Source: Eledone cirrhosa (taxonomy: Eukaryota). From it: DNA of 64,000 nt. Positions 26,082 through 39,439 of the stretch are shown in pieces; positions within the stretch are counted from its first letter, which is position 1, and every line of letters starts with the position of its first letter. Position numbers and translations under genes: made by a program. The notes under the pieces were generated by a model. It saw only the letters and a program-made list of their open reading frames with translations, ran no database searches and was not told the DNA's origin. Where the stretch lies: contig CAXHJY010001288.1 of NCBI GenBank assembly GCA_964016885.1, positions 114,291 to 178,290 of the forward strand, in the 5' to 3' direction.

Positions 26082-29000
26082 TTGGAGAAAGTCCAGGATC
26101 CACAACAGGCAGCAACTAACCCCCATCTTCGACGACTTTGAGATCTACGCATCTCTCTGTCAGCCAGGAGGTGGAGGTGGAGTGGCTGTCATGTTTCGGA
26201 AGAACCTGGACGTCGGAGTACAGCAAGTACACTTGGACCCGGAGGGTAGACTGGTAGTCCTAGACGTGAACAGTATCGGAGGTGGAGCCTTCAGACTGGT
26301 GGCCGTTAATGCCCCAACCGGGCAATCACAATCGCGGCCAGACTTCTTTAAGCGTCTAGAGTCTTTTCTGGGAACATCTCGCTCCTTGCTTTTAGTGGGG
26401 GACTGGAATGGTATCCTAGATGCACGATGGGACTATGTGGGAGCATGTCCCAGTAGAGCGGGGTGCAACAGCCTCAAAACTTTAATCGGCCAATTCCAAC
26501 TGGCCGATAGGTATCGACTGGATTTCCCGACTGCACCACAGTGGACGTGGGCAAACCGCAGTGGGACATCTAGATCGTATTTAGATAGGTTCTTCATTAG
26601 AGAAAGGGACCAGGAGATGTTAAGCTGTCCACGAATGCACATGGTTGCCTATTCAGATCACAAGTTAGTCGTCTGCTTAGCCAACCGTGATAGAATACAT
26701 AGACAGGGTCCCGGATACTGGAAGCTGAACGTGTCGTTGCCGGCACGTAAAGCTTACAGTGAACGGATAAGTAGACTAGTCAAGCAACAGTTAACGGGAG
26801 CCATCGTCAACAATAGATGGTGGTACTCTCTCAAGAAAGCAATTAGAATAGAATCGATAGGGTATAGCAGAGAGTTAGCCTTAGAGAAAAACAGAATAGA
26901 AAGAGAACTAGTAGCCAAGGTAGAGGAAGCACTTAGAAGTGGCAACGCGGGTAGAGTGTTAGCGTCGAGAACGGCACTGGACCAGTTCTTCGATGCGAAA
27001 CACGAAGGCTGCGTGGTCAGAAGCAAAACACGTGCTCTAGGAAACGAAGGAGCGAAAGCTGTTAGCTGGGCCCGAGTGGCGGAGGCAAAAAGTGGCAACA
27101 AGTTCACGATTCGGTCTTTGAAAGACCAAAACGGACGCGTGCTACTTGACCCCAAGCAAATGTGCGCGGCCTTTCAGCGGCACTTTGCGCGACTGTTTGA
27201 GCAGAACGACGGTGAGCCGAACGGGGCAATGGACTTTAGTTCATACCTCGACGGCCTGCCGTGTCTCTGAACACGGACGCCGAGTTCTGCGAAAGACCGA
27301 TCACGGCCACTGAGATACGGGACGCTCTGGGCCGCTGCGGGAAACGCAAGTCATCCGGTCTAGATGGTCTACCCTACGAATTTTACATAGGCATGCCGGA
27401 CTTGTTCTCTGGCATCCTCGAAGCCGTCTACTGCAATTGGCAGCAGAACGGGAGAATTCCCAGTTCTGCAGGCAAGGGCGTAGTAACGCTGATCAGGAAA
27501 AACGAGAACAAGGGGGACGAAATTAACAACTTCAGGCCCATAACTCTGCTCAACACAGAGTTAAAGATATTGGCCAAGGTGCTAGTGACGAGGTTGGCGC
27601 TTGTCGTCGAGAGCCTAGTAGGGAAAGCGCAAACGTGTGCAATCCCGACCAGGTCCATACACGACAACCTCCACTTCATGCTATACATCATAGAGAGGGT
27701 GGGTAGTAAACCCGGCTTCGGTGGGGCTCTGATCAACTTGGATCAGTCTAAGGCATTCGATAGGGTCGACCATCGATACTTGGAAGCGGTTCTCAAGGCG
27801 GCCGGTTTCGGTCCCGTGTTCAGAGGATGGATCGAGGCGATGCACACCAGCATCTGCTCGAGGGTCAAGGTGAACGGCTACCTATCGGAGCCGTTCGCAA
27901 TCACGCGTTCCATTCGTCAGGGGTGCCCTCTCTCCTCCATTCTGTATGTATTGACTCTAGAGCTACTACTGCGAAAATTGGAGCTGTTGCAGGGCATCCC
28001 TCTAGAACCGGGACTGCGCAAAGCGGCGTCGGCTTGACGGTAATGGTGTCGAGTACTTCTGAAATCGGGGTGATCAACAACTTACTGAAAGAATACGAAA
28101 CGCTGACGGGAGCAAAACTAAACCCGGACAAATCTGTCGTTTTGCAACTCGGTACGTGGAGAGGCAAACCAATGACGTCCGACAGCGTCGTTGGACGCTG
28201 GACGGACGGACCGGTGAAATTGCTCGGGGTCTGGTTCGGTCCAGACCTCCAGGTGGAGAAAAACTGGAACGAGGTCACGGCCAAGGTGTTTGCACTCACC
28301 CAGAAGTGGGCAGAGTGCAAACTGTCCTTGAAAGGTCGAGCGGAGGTGGCGAACACTTTCATAGCGTCCGTCATCTACTACCGCTTGACTGTCGTGCCTT
28401 GTCCCCGTGAACACCTCGCCAAGATGGAACGCATGCTCTTCCAGTTTCTGTGGAAGAAGCAGGCTCCTCTGGTGAGGAGATCCGTCTGCTGTCAGCACCC
28501 TTCCAACGGAGGGCTGGGAATGCCGTGGCTGATGAGGCGCAAACATGCGCTGAGGCTGCGGCATCTCCAGGTATTCCTCACTGACCCCCAACCGGTGTGG
28601 GCACCGTTTGTGAGACAGGCTTTCCCCACAGCTCGTCTCGCTGACGGAACTGCAGTCCTGGGTGAAGAAAAGACCGAAAACGATGGGCGCCTGGCACATT
28701 GAATGCGCTCAGGCGCTCACAGTCCTCTGGCACGCGGGCGCAGCAATCAGTGGAGACTCCACTTCGACATTCTATAGAGGGTTTGTACGTTACAAGGGCG
28801 ACGACGTGCTCGGAGAGACTCTGGGCGTCGAAGACGATGAGCTCACCAGTCTGTTTGGTAGGACTTTCCGCCCGGGACCTATGGACAACTTCCAGAGGTC
28901 CCTGGCCTGGCAGTGCTACCGAGGAGCTCTACCGGTTCGTGACAAGATCTACAGGCACGGACGCCCCGGCAGGGATCCTTCCAAGAGGACGTGTCCAAGA

Positions 29001-29408
29001 TGCGCGCAGGACATTGAAACAGTCCTGCACGCAATTGTACACTGCCCGGGCGTAACCGACCTGTGGAACTATGCAGAACAACTTCTGTCACGTATGGGAC
29101 AAATCCAGTTGACTGCCGAGTCCATAGTAAGGATCAAACCGCCAGCCTCTTTCAAAAACGAAAGAGATGCGGTTTTCCTCTGTACGGTGGCTATGGTGAA
29201 AGAAGTTATATGGTGGACGAGGTTGAGAGGACTGAGGACAGATGCCTTTCTCTCCGGACAACAATTGATTCCCTTCTTTAAGTATCACTTTAGAAGGAGA
29301 ATCAGGGTGGAGAGAGAGGCACTGCACCCCAGTAAATTTACTGAAAGGTGGGTGAATGAAGCAAAAATGGCCCGAGTGATTGGGCCTTCTCTGTTTATAA
29401 GCCTGTAG
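26082..29408 (+). pseudogene. Tx1 ORF2 (EN-RT-zf-RVT), frameshifted
   Basis: GGVAV, VGDWN, SYLDR, SDHK, GPGYWKLN; FRPITLLN, DQSKAFDRVDH, RQGCPLS (YADD region missing); CPRC...ETVLHAIVHC. Confidence 0.9.
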
Positions 29409-29647
29409 GTTGAGGAAGAGACCAAAAGGAAGAAAGGAGCACTTGCACAACACGCTCCTGGAGTTGAGGGTTGTTCTATCGACGAGGTATTAAACAACCC
29501 ATTTGTGGCGCCTCCCCCCTCTTGGGGATTTCGATTGTTGTAATTGTTTGTTTTTATATTTTTTACACGACTGTATGTAAAATTCCCGGCATGTCTTTGT
29601 ATTGTCCCCTTTTCTTGTGCGCCCTTGTGGCTAATAAAGAAATATAT
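26082..29647 (+). mobile_element. Tx1-clade (L1 superfamily) LINE, 5'-truncated
   Basis: APE EN, RT and C-terminal zinc finger; 3' end cccttgtggctaataaagaaatatatct. Confidence 0.9.
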
Positions 29648-29651
29648 CTAT

Positions 29652-30480
29652 CTTGGAGAAACTCTAGGCGTAGAGGAGGACGAACTGGCCAGTCTGTTCG
29701 GTAGGACCTTCCGCCCGGGACCAATGGACAACTTCCCAAAGTCCCTGGCCTGGCAGTGCTACCGAGGAGCTCTACCAGTTCGAGACAAGCTCTACAAACA
29801 CGGGCGCCCGGGTAGGGACCCTTCGAAAAAGATCTGTTCGAGATGCGTGCGCGACGAGGAAACCGTCGCGCACGCATTTGTACACTGCCCGGGCGTTACC
29901 GACCTGTGGGGCTATGTAGAACGACTATTGTCGCGGGTGGGACCAATCCAGTTGACCACCGAGTCCATTGTCATGATCAAACTGCCACCCTCCTTCAAAA
30001 ACGAGGGAGAGGCGGTTTTCCTATGTGTTACGGCTATGGTGAAAGAGGTTATATGGTGGACGAGGTTAAAAGGGCTGAGGTCAGACACCTTTCTCTCCGG
30101 AGAACAACTGATTCGTTTTTTCAAATATCATTTTGGAAGAAGAATCAGGATGGAGAGAGAGGTGCTGTACCCCAGAAAATTTTATAAAAGGTGGGTGAAT
30201 GTGGCAAAGATGGCCCGAGTGGTTCGGCCTTCTCTCTATATAAGCCTGTAGGTTGAGGAAAAAGAGGAAGAGAGGAAGGGAGTACTCGCTCTTGGTGCTC
30301 CTGGAGATGAGGGTTGTACATTTTTTCGGGGTGTGTACAACCCCTGTGTAACGCCTCCCCCTTATTGGGGATTTCAATTGTTATTTTATTAATAGTTTTA
30401 TTTTCATATACCTGTAGGTAAACTCCCCATTTGTATTTGTCCCCTTCTTTTGTGTCCTTGTGGCTAATAAAGACATTTAT
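29652..30480 (+). mobile_element. Second, diverged 5'-truncated Tx1 copy in tandem
   Basis: Peptide LGETLGVEEDEL...YISL* homologous to 28810-29408; same ccttgtggctaataaaga end, followed by tatctatct. Confidence 0.9.
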
Positions 30481-30539
30481 CTATCTGTCGGTCTATTTGT
30501 CTGTGTGTCTATCTATTTAGATCTGTGTGTGTGTGTGAT

Positions 30540-30563
30540 AAAGAGCAAGAGAGAGCGAGAGAG

Positions 30564-30616
<53 letters not shown>
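30540..30616. repeat. (GA)n microsatellite
   Basis: Direct inspection. Confidence 0.95.
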
Positions 30617-30618
<2 letters not shown>

Positions 30619-31567
30619 CAGGTAGACATTTAAAGAGATTAACATTAAGGGGTTTATCCTTATTCAGTTAAGCAATGGTCAAAGGCGTTCAATTCCTGAT
30701 CATCCCGTCTTCTTTTTCAGACATAGTATACCTAGGACTATATTATCTAATGTGTTCTGCTTTTATTAAGATGTAGGAGCGGGATTTGAGGGATATTAGA
30801 CTGCTTTTTCTAGCAAACTGGGAAACTGCATAAGGCAAACCTATGATAAAAACATTTCAGACGTAACCGTTTTATCTTTTTAAACGATTAAGTGTATCTA
30901 GGATTACATTATCTTAGTCGTCTCATTTCTATGATCATAATGTGAGTTTTTAGGGATATTTAACTGCTATTTCCAACAGGCCAAACGATAACGTCTTCCA
31001 GTACTTAGTTACGTCCCTTTATGTTCTGAATTTAAACCACGTGTGAGTCGACTTAACCTTATGTCATAGAAAATGTGGAGTCTGGAGCCTACATTAGAAA
31101 TCATCACTATCTGTTACTGCAAAATATCATTTACTCTTAATTCATTGACCATAGAGGGATAAAAGTAAACGGTAATGCCAGCGGGGTTCGAACTTAAATC
31201 GTGTATTAAACTACGTTATAAAACAACTGATGTGATTTAGTATGTTAGTGAATCCATTTGATAAGATAAATTGCTGTTGGACATGAAAAAAAAAATGACT
31301 ATAAGGTGGGAATTGGTGGGAGTCGTTAGAACGTAGAATTTGAAATCAAAGCGCAGATAACTGGAACAAATACCGCAAAGCATTCTATCCGACGCTCTAA
31401 CACCTCTGCTAAATCTCCACCTTACATACGTTAGTTTAATAGTTAACAGTCTCCTACTTAATGGCCGTTTAATCATAACTATAATAAAGGGAGGAGTGCG
31501 GGACTTCGCCGCGAATATGTTGGTTTTTTTTATCCCGTTTGTAAAATAAGTTAGATTACTTTGAATA

Positions 31568-31760
31568 AATAATTGTTTCTACTTTTGGCACAAAGCCAGC
31601 AATTAACCAGTGCATTACTGGTACTTTATTTTATCGACCCCGTAAGGATGAAAGGCAAAGTTGACCTCGGCGGGATTTGAACTCAGAATGGCAAGGGCCG
31701 TAACTCTATGCGTCAAAGCATGGCGTCCGACCCTCTACCGATACTGCCAATCTACCAGCC
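31568..31760 (-). mobile_element. tRNA-derived SINE, family A
   Basis: Full copy; attactttgaataa on both sides; partial copies at 31778-31820 and 31894-32015. Confidence 0.9.
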
Positions 31761-32859
31761 TTTATTACTTTGAATAAATAATTGTTTCTACTTTTGGCAC
31801 AAGGCCAGCAATTATCCCATAAATAATGAATGAATATTACATAATTTATCTACTAAATTTCGTAGCTGTTGATTAAACAAATATTCTTATATATAATTGT
31901 TTCTACTTTTGGCACAAGGCCAGCAATTATCTTAGTGTATTACTGGTACTTTATTTTATCGACCCCGTAAGGATGAAAGGCAAAGTTAACCTCAGCGGGA
32001 TTTGAACTCAGACAGTAAATGATTGCTTATTTTAAGATTCACTTCTTTTAAAATTTTCAAATGTCTACACTTCCGGTTAGTGTCCGTTATATCAGAACAC
32101 TTATTACATCGCTTATATAAACATCCATATATTTGCTTCGTTATATAAGGTTTCATTACATTTCACCGTAATGCAGTTTATATATAATATCGTCTATTTT
32201 AAATGTATCATGGATTACTTTACTGATTACAGAAGAGAGTGTAACACAGTCTCCAATTTCTGAGCATATTGTCAATTACGATTTTATTTGACATATATCT
32301 ACATGCATGTATATTTGCATATAATATAAATATGCACACTACACATGCTAACAGTGGTTTTTCTGCTAGTGTATTGAATTATCAAACAATCCCTTTTAAC
32401 TTGCCTAAATATATATAGCATAGATTTAGACAGAAGAATCTAACTAACGCGCTTGATAACGGCACAATACTGTCAATCCACCAATGAAGTTGTAGGGGAT
32501 AATGAAATTTGGTAGAGCCCATCTATCCAAGTTTCAACAGCCGGTTTATTCCAAAAAGAAGGTGAGAACAAAATTAAAAGAAAGACGGGAGAATAATTGG
32601 TCCCAATATTGGACTGGTACTTTATTTATTGACCCCTGAACATAAAAAAAGGCAAAGTTGACCGGATTTGAACTCGGAGTGCAGAAGACTAGAATGAATA
32701 TTGCAATGTATTTATTCTCTTTGACATTACTCATACCACGGTAAAATGACCGTATTGATATTAAGTCAAACTTTATGAAGCAGTATTGAGAATCAAGGCT
32801 ATTTCTTTTTATTAATATTGATAATAACCTGAGAAACGCACAACTCTTATATTCTCCAT

Positions 32860-34642
32860 TCTCTCCCCAACTTGTATAGTTTCCTTCAAGACATGTTGCT
32901 TGTAACCAAACCTCTCGTCAACTTGTATAGTTTCCTCTAAGGCAGGCATGTCAAACTGAGGCTCCCCCGAGGGCCATATGGGTCACATATATGTTGTCTG
33001 CGGGCCACACACAACAACTAATTCCGCACATTACAACTATTTTTTAAACTTTTATATTGCGAAGATAAAACATGCTCGCTCTGTAAAAACCTTTGTGCGG
33101 GCCGCATGTTTGACATGCCTGCTCTAACACATGTTAATTGTAACTAAACCTCTCCCCAACTTGTATAGTTTCCACTAAGACATGTTAAATGTTACCAAAC
33201 CTCTCCCCAACTTGTATAGTTTCCACTAAGACATGTTAAATGTTACCAAACCTCTCCTCTACTTGTATAGTTTCCACTAAGACATGTTAAATGTTACCAA
33301 ACCTCTCCTCTACTTGTATAGTTTCCACTAAGACATGTTAAATGTTACGAAACCTCTCCTCTACTTGTATAGTTTCCACTAAGACATGTTAAATGTTACC
33401 AAACCTCTCCTCTACTTGTATAGTTTCCACTAAGACATGTTAAATGTTACCAAACCTCTCCCCAACTTGTATAGTTTCCACTAAGGCATGTTAAATGTTA
33501 CCAAACCTCTCCTCTACTTATATAGTTTCCACTAAGACATGTTAAATGTTACCAAACCTCTCCTCTACTTGTATAGTTTCCACTAAGACATGTTAAATGT
33601 TACCAAACCTCTCCCCAACTTGTATAGTTTCCACTAAGACATGTTAAATGTTACCAAACCTCTCCTCTACTTGTATAGTTTCCACTAAGACATGTTAAAT
33701 GTTACCAAACCTCTCCTCTACTTGTATAGTTTCCACTAAGACATGTTAAATGTTACCAAACCTCTCCTCTACTTGTATAGTTTCCACTAAGACATGTTAA
33801 ATGCTACCAAACCTCTCCCCAACTTGTATAGTTTCCACTAAGACATGTTAAATGTTACCAAACCTCTCCTCTACTTGTATAGTTTCCACTAAGACATGTT
33901 AAATGTTACCAAACCTCTCCCCAATTTGTATAGTTTCCACTAAGACATGTTAAATGTTACCAAACCTCTCCTCTACTTGTATAGTTTCCACTAAGACATG
34001 TTAAATGTTACCAAACCTCTCCCCAACTTGTATAGTTTCCACTAAGACATGTTAAATGTTACCAAACCTCTCCCCAACTTGTATAGTTTCCACTAAGACA
34101 TGTTAAATGTTACCAAACCTCTCCCCAACTTGTATAGTTTCCACTAAGACATGTTAAATGTTACCAAACCTCTCCTCTACTTGTATAGTTTCCACTAAGA
34201 CATGTTAAATGTTACCAAACCTCTCCTCTACTTGTATAGTTTCCACTAAGACATGTTAAATGTTACCAAACCTCTCCGCTACTTGTATAGTTTCCACTAA
34301 GACATGTTAAATGTTACCAAACCTCTCCCCAACTTGTATAGTTTCCACTAAGACATGTTAAATGTTACCAAACCTCTCCTCTACTTGTATAGTTTCCACT
34401 AAGACATGTTAAATGTTACCAAACCTCTCCTCTACTTGTATAGTTTCCACTAAGACATGTTAAATGTTACCAAACCTCTCCTCTACTTGTATAGTTTCCA
34501 CTAAGACATGTTAAATGTTACCAAACCTCTCCTCTACTTGTATAGTTTCCACTAAGACATGTTAAATGTTACCAAACCTCTCCCCAACTTGTATAGTTTC
34601 CACTAAGACATGTTAAATGTTACCAAACCTCTCCCCAACTTG
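32860..34642. repeat. 51-bp minisatellite (about 29 homogeneous plus a few diverged units)
   Basis: Unit cttgtatagtttccactaagacatgttaaatgttaccaaacctctcc(tct/cca)a. Confidence 0.97.
32943..33121. mobile_element. hAT MITE inserted in the minisatellite
   Basis: Perfect TIR caggcatgtcaaac / gtttgacatgcctg; 8-bp TSD ctctaagg / ctctaaca. Confidence 0.85.
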
Positions 34643-34679
34643 ACCATCACACAATAGAGACATTATATCAGTATCTAAC

Positions 34680-34915
34680 GCATTCTCTTAGATATAGCAA
34701 CAACAATAAAGTTCACGAACCAGCGGGAAGCTTCTATCTGCTCATTGGAGCTGCTAGAAATTGCAGCCAATTTTTCCTTAAACCAGACCCTATAATCTTT
34801 AAAAAAGGGAAAGGGCCTGAAAAAAGAAAGAAAATATACAGAATAGCAAGGGCTGGAATATCTTTGACCATGAGTTTGTTGTATCAGTTCTGTCCTGGGG
34901 CTAAACAACAACAAT
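34680..34915 (+). mobile_element. Interspersed repeat ending ...ctggggctaaacaacaac
   Basis: Related ending at 61560-61627 (cctggggttaaacaa); (CAA)n tail. Confidence 0.5.
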
Positions 34916-35174
34916 ACAGATCATATGGTTGTTGGATCAGGCTTGTCCTGGGGCTAAACAACAACAACAACAGCAAGAGCAACAATAACAATAATGATCA
35001 CATGTTTCTTGGATCAGGCTTGTCCTAGGGTTAAACAACAACACAATCAATATAGATCATGTTTGTTGGATCAGGCTTGTCCTAGGGTTAAACCACAACA
35101 TCATCATCATCATCATCATCATCAGCAACAACAATAAAAATCATATGTTTGTCGGATCAGGCTTGTCCTAGGGT

Positions 35175-35213
<39 letters not shown>

Positions 35214-35889
35214 GCAACAACAATATATATCATGTTTGTTGGATCAGCCTTGTCCTAGGGTTAAACAACAACAACAACAACAACAATATATATAATGTTT
35301 GTTGGATCTGGCTTGTCCTAGGGTTAAACAACAACAACAACAACAGCAATATATATCATGTTTGTTGGATCAGGCTTGTCCTAGGGTTAAACAACAACAA
35401 CAACAACAACAATATAGATCATGTTTGTTGGATCTGGCTTGTCCTAGGGTTAAACAACAACAACAATATAGATCATATTTGTTGGATCAGGCTTGTCCTA
35501 GGGTTAAACAATAACAACAACAACAACAACAACAACAACAATATAGATCATGTTTGTTGGATCAGGCTTGTCCTAGGGTTAAACAACAACAACAATATAG
35601 ATCATGTTTGTTGGATCTGGCTTGTCCTAGGGTTAAACAACAACAACAATATAGATCATATTTGTTGGATCAGGCTTGTCCTAGGGTTAAACAATAACAA
35701 CAACAACAACAACAACAACAATATAGATCATGTTTGTTGGATCAGGCTTGTCCTAGGGTTAAACAACAACAACAACAACAACAATATAGATCATGTTTGT
35801 TGGATCAGGCTTGTCCTAGGGTTAAACAACAACAACAACAACAACAACAATAATATATCATGTTTGTTGGATCAGGCTTGTCCTAGGGT

Positions 35890-35926
<37 letters not shown>

Positions 35927-35995
35927 CTATATATATCATATTTGTTGGATCTGGCTTGTGCTAGGGTTAAACAACAACAACAACAACAATAATAA
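34880..35995. repeat. Array of about 17 constant ~43-bp units separated by variable (CAA)n
   Basis: atatagatcatgtttgttggatcaggcttgtcctagggttaaa followed by (caa)n of varying length. Confidence 0.93.
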
Positions 35996-36071
35996 AGAGC
36001 AGTTTCTGGCGATTCAAGGCCATGAGACCGTTTCGATTCTTTATTGAAGTTAATAATTCAAACTTAGACCA

Positions 36072-36193
36072 ATAATTGTTTCTAGTTTTGGCACAAGGCC
36101 AGCAATTATCCCAGTGCATTACTGGTACTTTATTTTATCGACCCCGTAAGGATGAAAGGCAAAGTTAACCTCGGCGGGATTTGAACTCAGACC
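36072..36193 (-). mobile_element. SINE family A, 5'-truncated
   Basis: Family consensus match. Confidence 0.85.
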
Positions 36194-37499
36194 ACCAATA
36201 ATACCTTTGAGAAAGGCATAAACGACAACACATCATCATTCATTTACCGTAAACTCACCCTTTATAGGTGGTTAATGACACAGATATAAACTGGAGACAC
36301 CATGGCAAATTTCGATCTTCTTTGGGGATGTTTTTCGTATCGATTATGTCATTGTGAAAGACACGACAGTCTGATAATATAATCACCACCCCCCTTCTTT
36401 GTTCTACAACACTGATGTTTTGTGTAGAAATCAGAAATCAATAAAATGTCTCTCAATCGACACATTGACCTCATTTTCTCCATTATTCTTTTTGTTTGAA
36501 GCAATGCCATATCACGTGGTTGATCGAACCTCTTCCTTTCCCCTACCCCTTCCTCCTGCTCTCCTCCTCTTCCTCAAAAACAAAATTCAAATTGCCACTC
36601 GAACTGTTATTGATTTTAAAGTTAGTATGAGTTCATTTCCTGTCATGAAGATTCGTGATAGTTTTAAGCTATGGACTCAAAGCTATTTTTTTTTTACACT
36701 GGAATATTTTAGAATATCGCCATCTGTATCAATGATACTGATTTTTAAAATACTCCAGCAAGCTACTTCATTTCCGCCACGGCTAGCATGCCATAAATAG
36801 AGGCGATGGATGCCAGAATTGGTAGAACATTGTTTGTAGAAAATTGTTTGTAGTTTTTAGTTACGTTCCTTTACGTTCTGAGTTCAAATCTAGCGAAGAT
36901 TAACTTCGCCTTTCATTCTTCCGCGGGCGGTATAATTAGTACCATTTGGACGATGGCAGTCGAGAAAATTCACTATGGCTTGCTCCCAAATTTTGCGTTT
37001 CTGATAGAAATTATAATTCCACTGAATGTTTGTTTTTTTGTTTCGTTGACATATGTTGGCCCAGTGAGTAGTGGGACCATACAGAGGTCAACCACCACAA
37101 AGAGAGCTTCTATGCTGTAGCTTGACCTGCAACAAATAGCAGCTTAATCACTTTCGTGGATAAAATATTAAATCAACGCTTTTAAGAACTCGAATATAAT
37201 ATCACTGTAGCCATGAATATAAGAATAATCAACTTTTTAGATCCAACCTTAAATAATCCAGAAAAACCCCAGACATTTGTTTTTTTCAAGAAACTATAGG
37301 TTGTAGATTTGTTCTGAGGGAATCGTTGTCTATCAACAATTTTATTTTGGATGTGGTCTACGATGTTGGCAGGAATTATGTAGGTTAGAAAAAAAAAAAA
37401 AGTGAGAGTGAGCTGTACAAACCAATATATTCTACTAATCGTTATTTTGCTACACACTTTGAAAAATTATTGAGGTTGGTGAACTTACGTTATTTTATA

Positions 37500-37642
37500 A
37501 CATAGTTACGTCCCTTTACGATCTGAGTTCAAATCCCGCCGAGGTTGACTTTGCCTTTCATCCTTACGGGGTCGATAAAATAAAGTACCAGTAATGAACT
37601 GGGTAATTGCTGGCCTTATGCCTAAAGTAGAAACAGTTATTT
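37500..37642 (+). mobile_element. SINE family A, 5'-truncated
   Basis: Family consensus match. Confidence 0.85.
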
Positions 37643-38285
37643 TATAACTAGAAGTATCATTGTTAAGAAGACGTTAAAAAAAAAAAAATATTTATCTAGA
37701 AGTCATGTAAAAATATATTTGGAAGTGGTAAGACGTCTAGTGACAAAGGTTGGCTGTGAAAATACGACACCACTAAAGTTTTTAGTATTTTCGTTAGTTT
37801 ATATAAGGCAGCCGAGTTTCCACCGCTTTCGATATTTTTACTTATTTATTAGTTTAGTTGCAGTCAATGTCATTTATTCAAACTACTTTCACGTCCTAAT
37901 TTGGTTGGTTACCCTTTTGTTACGTTTCGCATTCAAACTAAATCGTCGTTTTAATGGATAAGGTTTAGACTCAGCAGTCGGTGATTGCATATTTTTATCG
38001 GAAGACAAGCATATATCTTATCCGAGACAAAATAACGTGGCAGTTTACTAGGCGAAGATATTTTAATAAAGTATTTAGATAGAATGAAAAAAAACCCTAG
38101 TTCCCAAGTTATTCTTTTGTTTCTCTAAATAAACACGCTTAGTCTGACTGTATATGTTTTAATTACAGATTGTACATTTAACATACCACAACATAAAAAT
38201 CGTTGTTGTCGTTGGGTGAAAGAAAGACTTGGTATACAGTCTAAAACCAAACCTTCATTAATCAGTAAGTATTTTCTCTTTTTGA

Positions 38286-38480
38286 ATAATTGTTTCTACT
38301 TTTGGCACAAGGCCAGCAATTATCCCAGTGTATTACTGGTACTTTATTTTATCGACCCCGTAAGGATGAAAGGCAAAGTTAAGCTCGGCGGGATTTGAAC
38401 TCAGACCGTAAAGGCCCGTAACTCCATGCTGCAAAGCATGGCGTCCAACCCTCTACCGATACTGCTAATCCACCGCCCGA
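38286..38480 (-). mobile_element. SINE family A with 15-bp TSD
   Basis: ctctttttgaataat at 38276-38290 and 38483-38497. Confidence 0.92.
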
Positions 38481-39439
38481 AACTCTTTTTGAATAATATT
38501 GTATCAAAACATCTCGAAATGTTTAAAAATTGGAAGCGGGGACTTGTAAACATTAGATTATTGATATAAACCTACTTATTAGATAAATACCAACAGATTC
38601 ACGCATGCACGTTTGATCACCTAAATTTCCTAAGGATTAGCAAAAGAAAATATTTGGTCGACTAGAGAGTTAGAAGAAAGTCCAGAGGAGTCTGAAGTGA
38701 AGACATCACAGTCAACATTCTGACGCTGGGAATAACTCTCAACATTGTTTTGGTGCATCAAATTCCGTGTTCTAGGTACAAAGGTATGTAAACAGAGGTG
38801 AACTATGGCAAAAAGCCACAAAGTAATTTTGACTGTCCGAAATGAGCATTGACGCTTTGTTCCAAGCAGAGATATATCGTCTTTTAATGGTATTTTCCCG
38901 AACTGTGTATAGAAAAGGTTCGGGTTGGAGACAATGGCTTATTCCAGCGAAAAGTTGTAACGACGTGAAAGTCGTATAATAGTATCAGAAATAGAGACAA
39001 ACCACCGGGACTGTTCAAAATGAGTGTTCAAATAATATTTCTATATGTAGGTTTATTTTCCTTTGTCTTAGTTAATGTTTAAGGTAGCATATCACGTTTT
39101 CTGAGCTGAGAAGTGGTTGTATTGTTAAGGAATAATACAAGCAAAGGTTAGCCCTTAACTCGACGAAATGCTTTTGGCCAATGTATTAGCTAAGTAGTGA
39201 GAGTTTATCCTTGGTTGCGTGATCAGATCTGTACAAACTTGCCATCTCCACCCCATGTAATGGCTTCGTTGGATTTCTGATCAATTTAATTCAATCGTAA
39301 ACCTTCGACATCATGTGCTTAATCTGCCAAAGGCTTCTCTGCTTTTGCAGCGTCTGCATGTTTACTGTAGAATTTGATGTACTGCTTGAAATGAGACACA
39401 GGAGAGCAATGCATGTGTTTACTATAGAAGTGGATGTAT

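Noticed and set aside
33160-34642. CRISPR or coding repeat (51 bp = 17 codons)
   Set aside because: No unique spacers, and the ORF track shows no long frame across it.
34880-35995. CRISPR-like appearance
   Set aside because: Spacers are only (CAA)n or (CAT)n, there are no cas genes, and the context is eukaryotic.
38630-38790. Possible exon (LAKENIWSTRELEESPEESEVKTSQSTF*) with a gtatgt donor
   Set aside because: All plus frames hit stops before the donor; support is insufficient.
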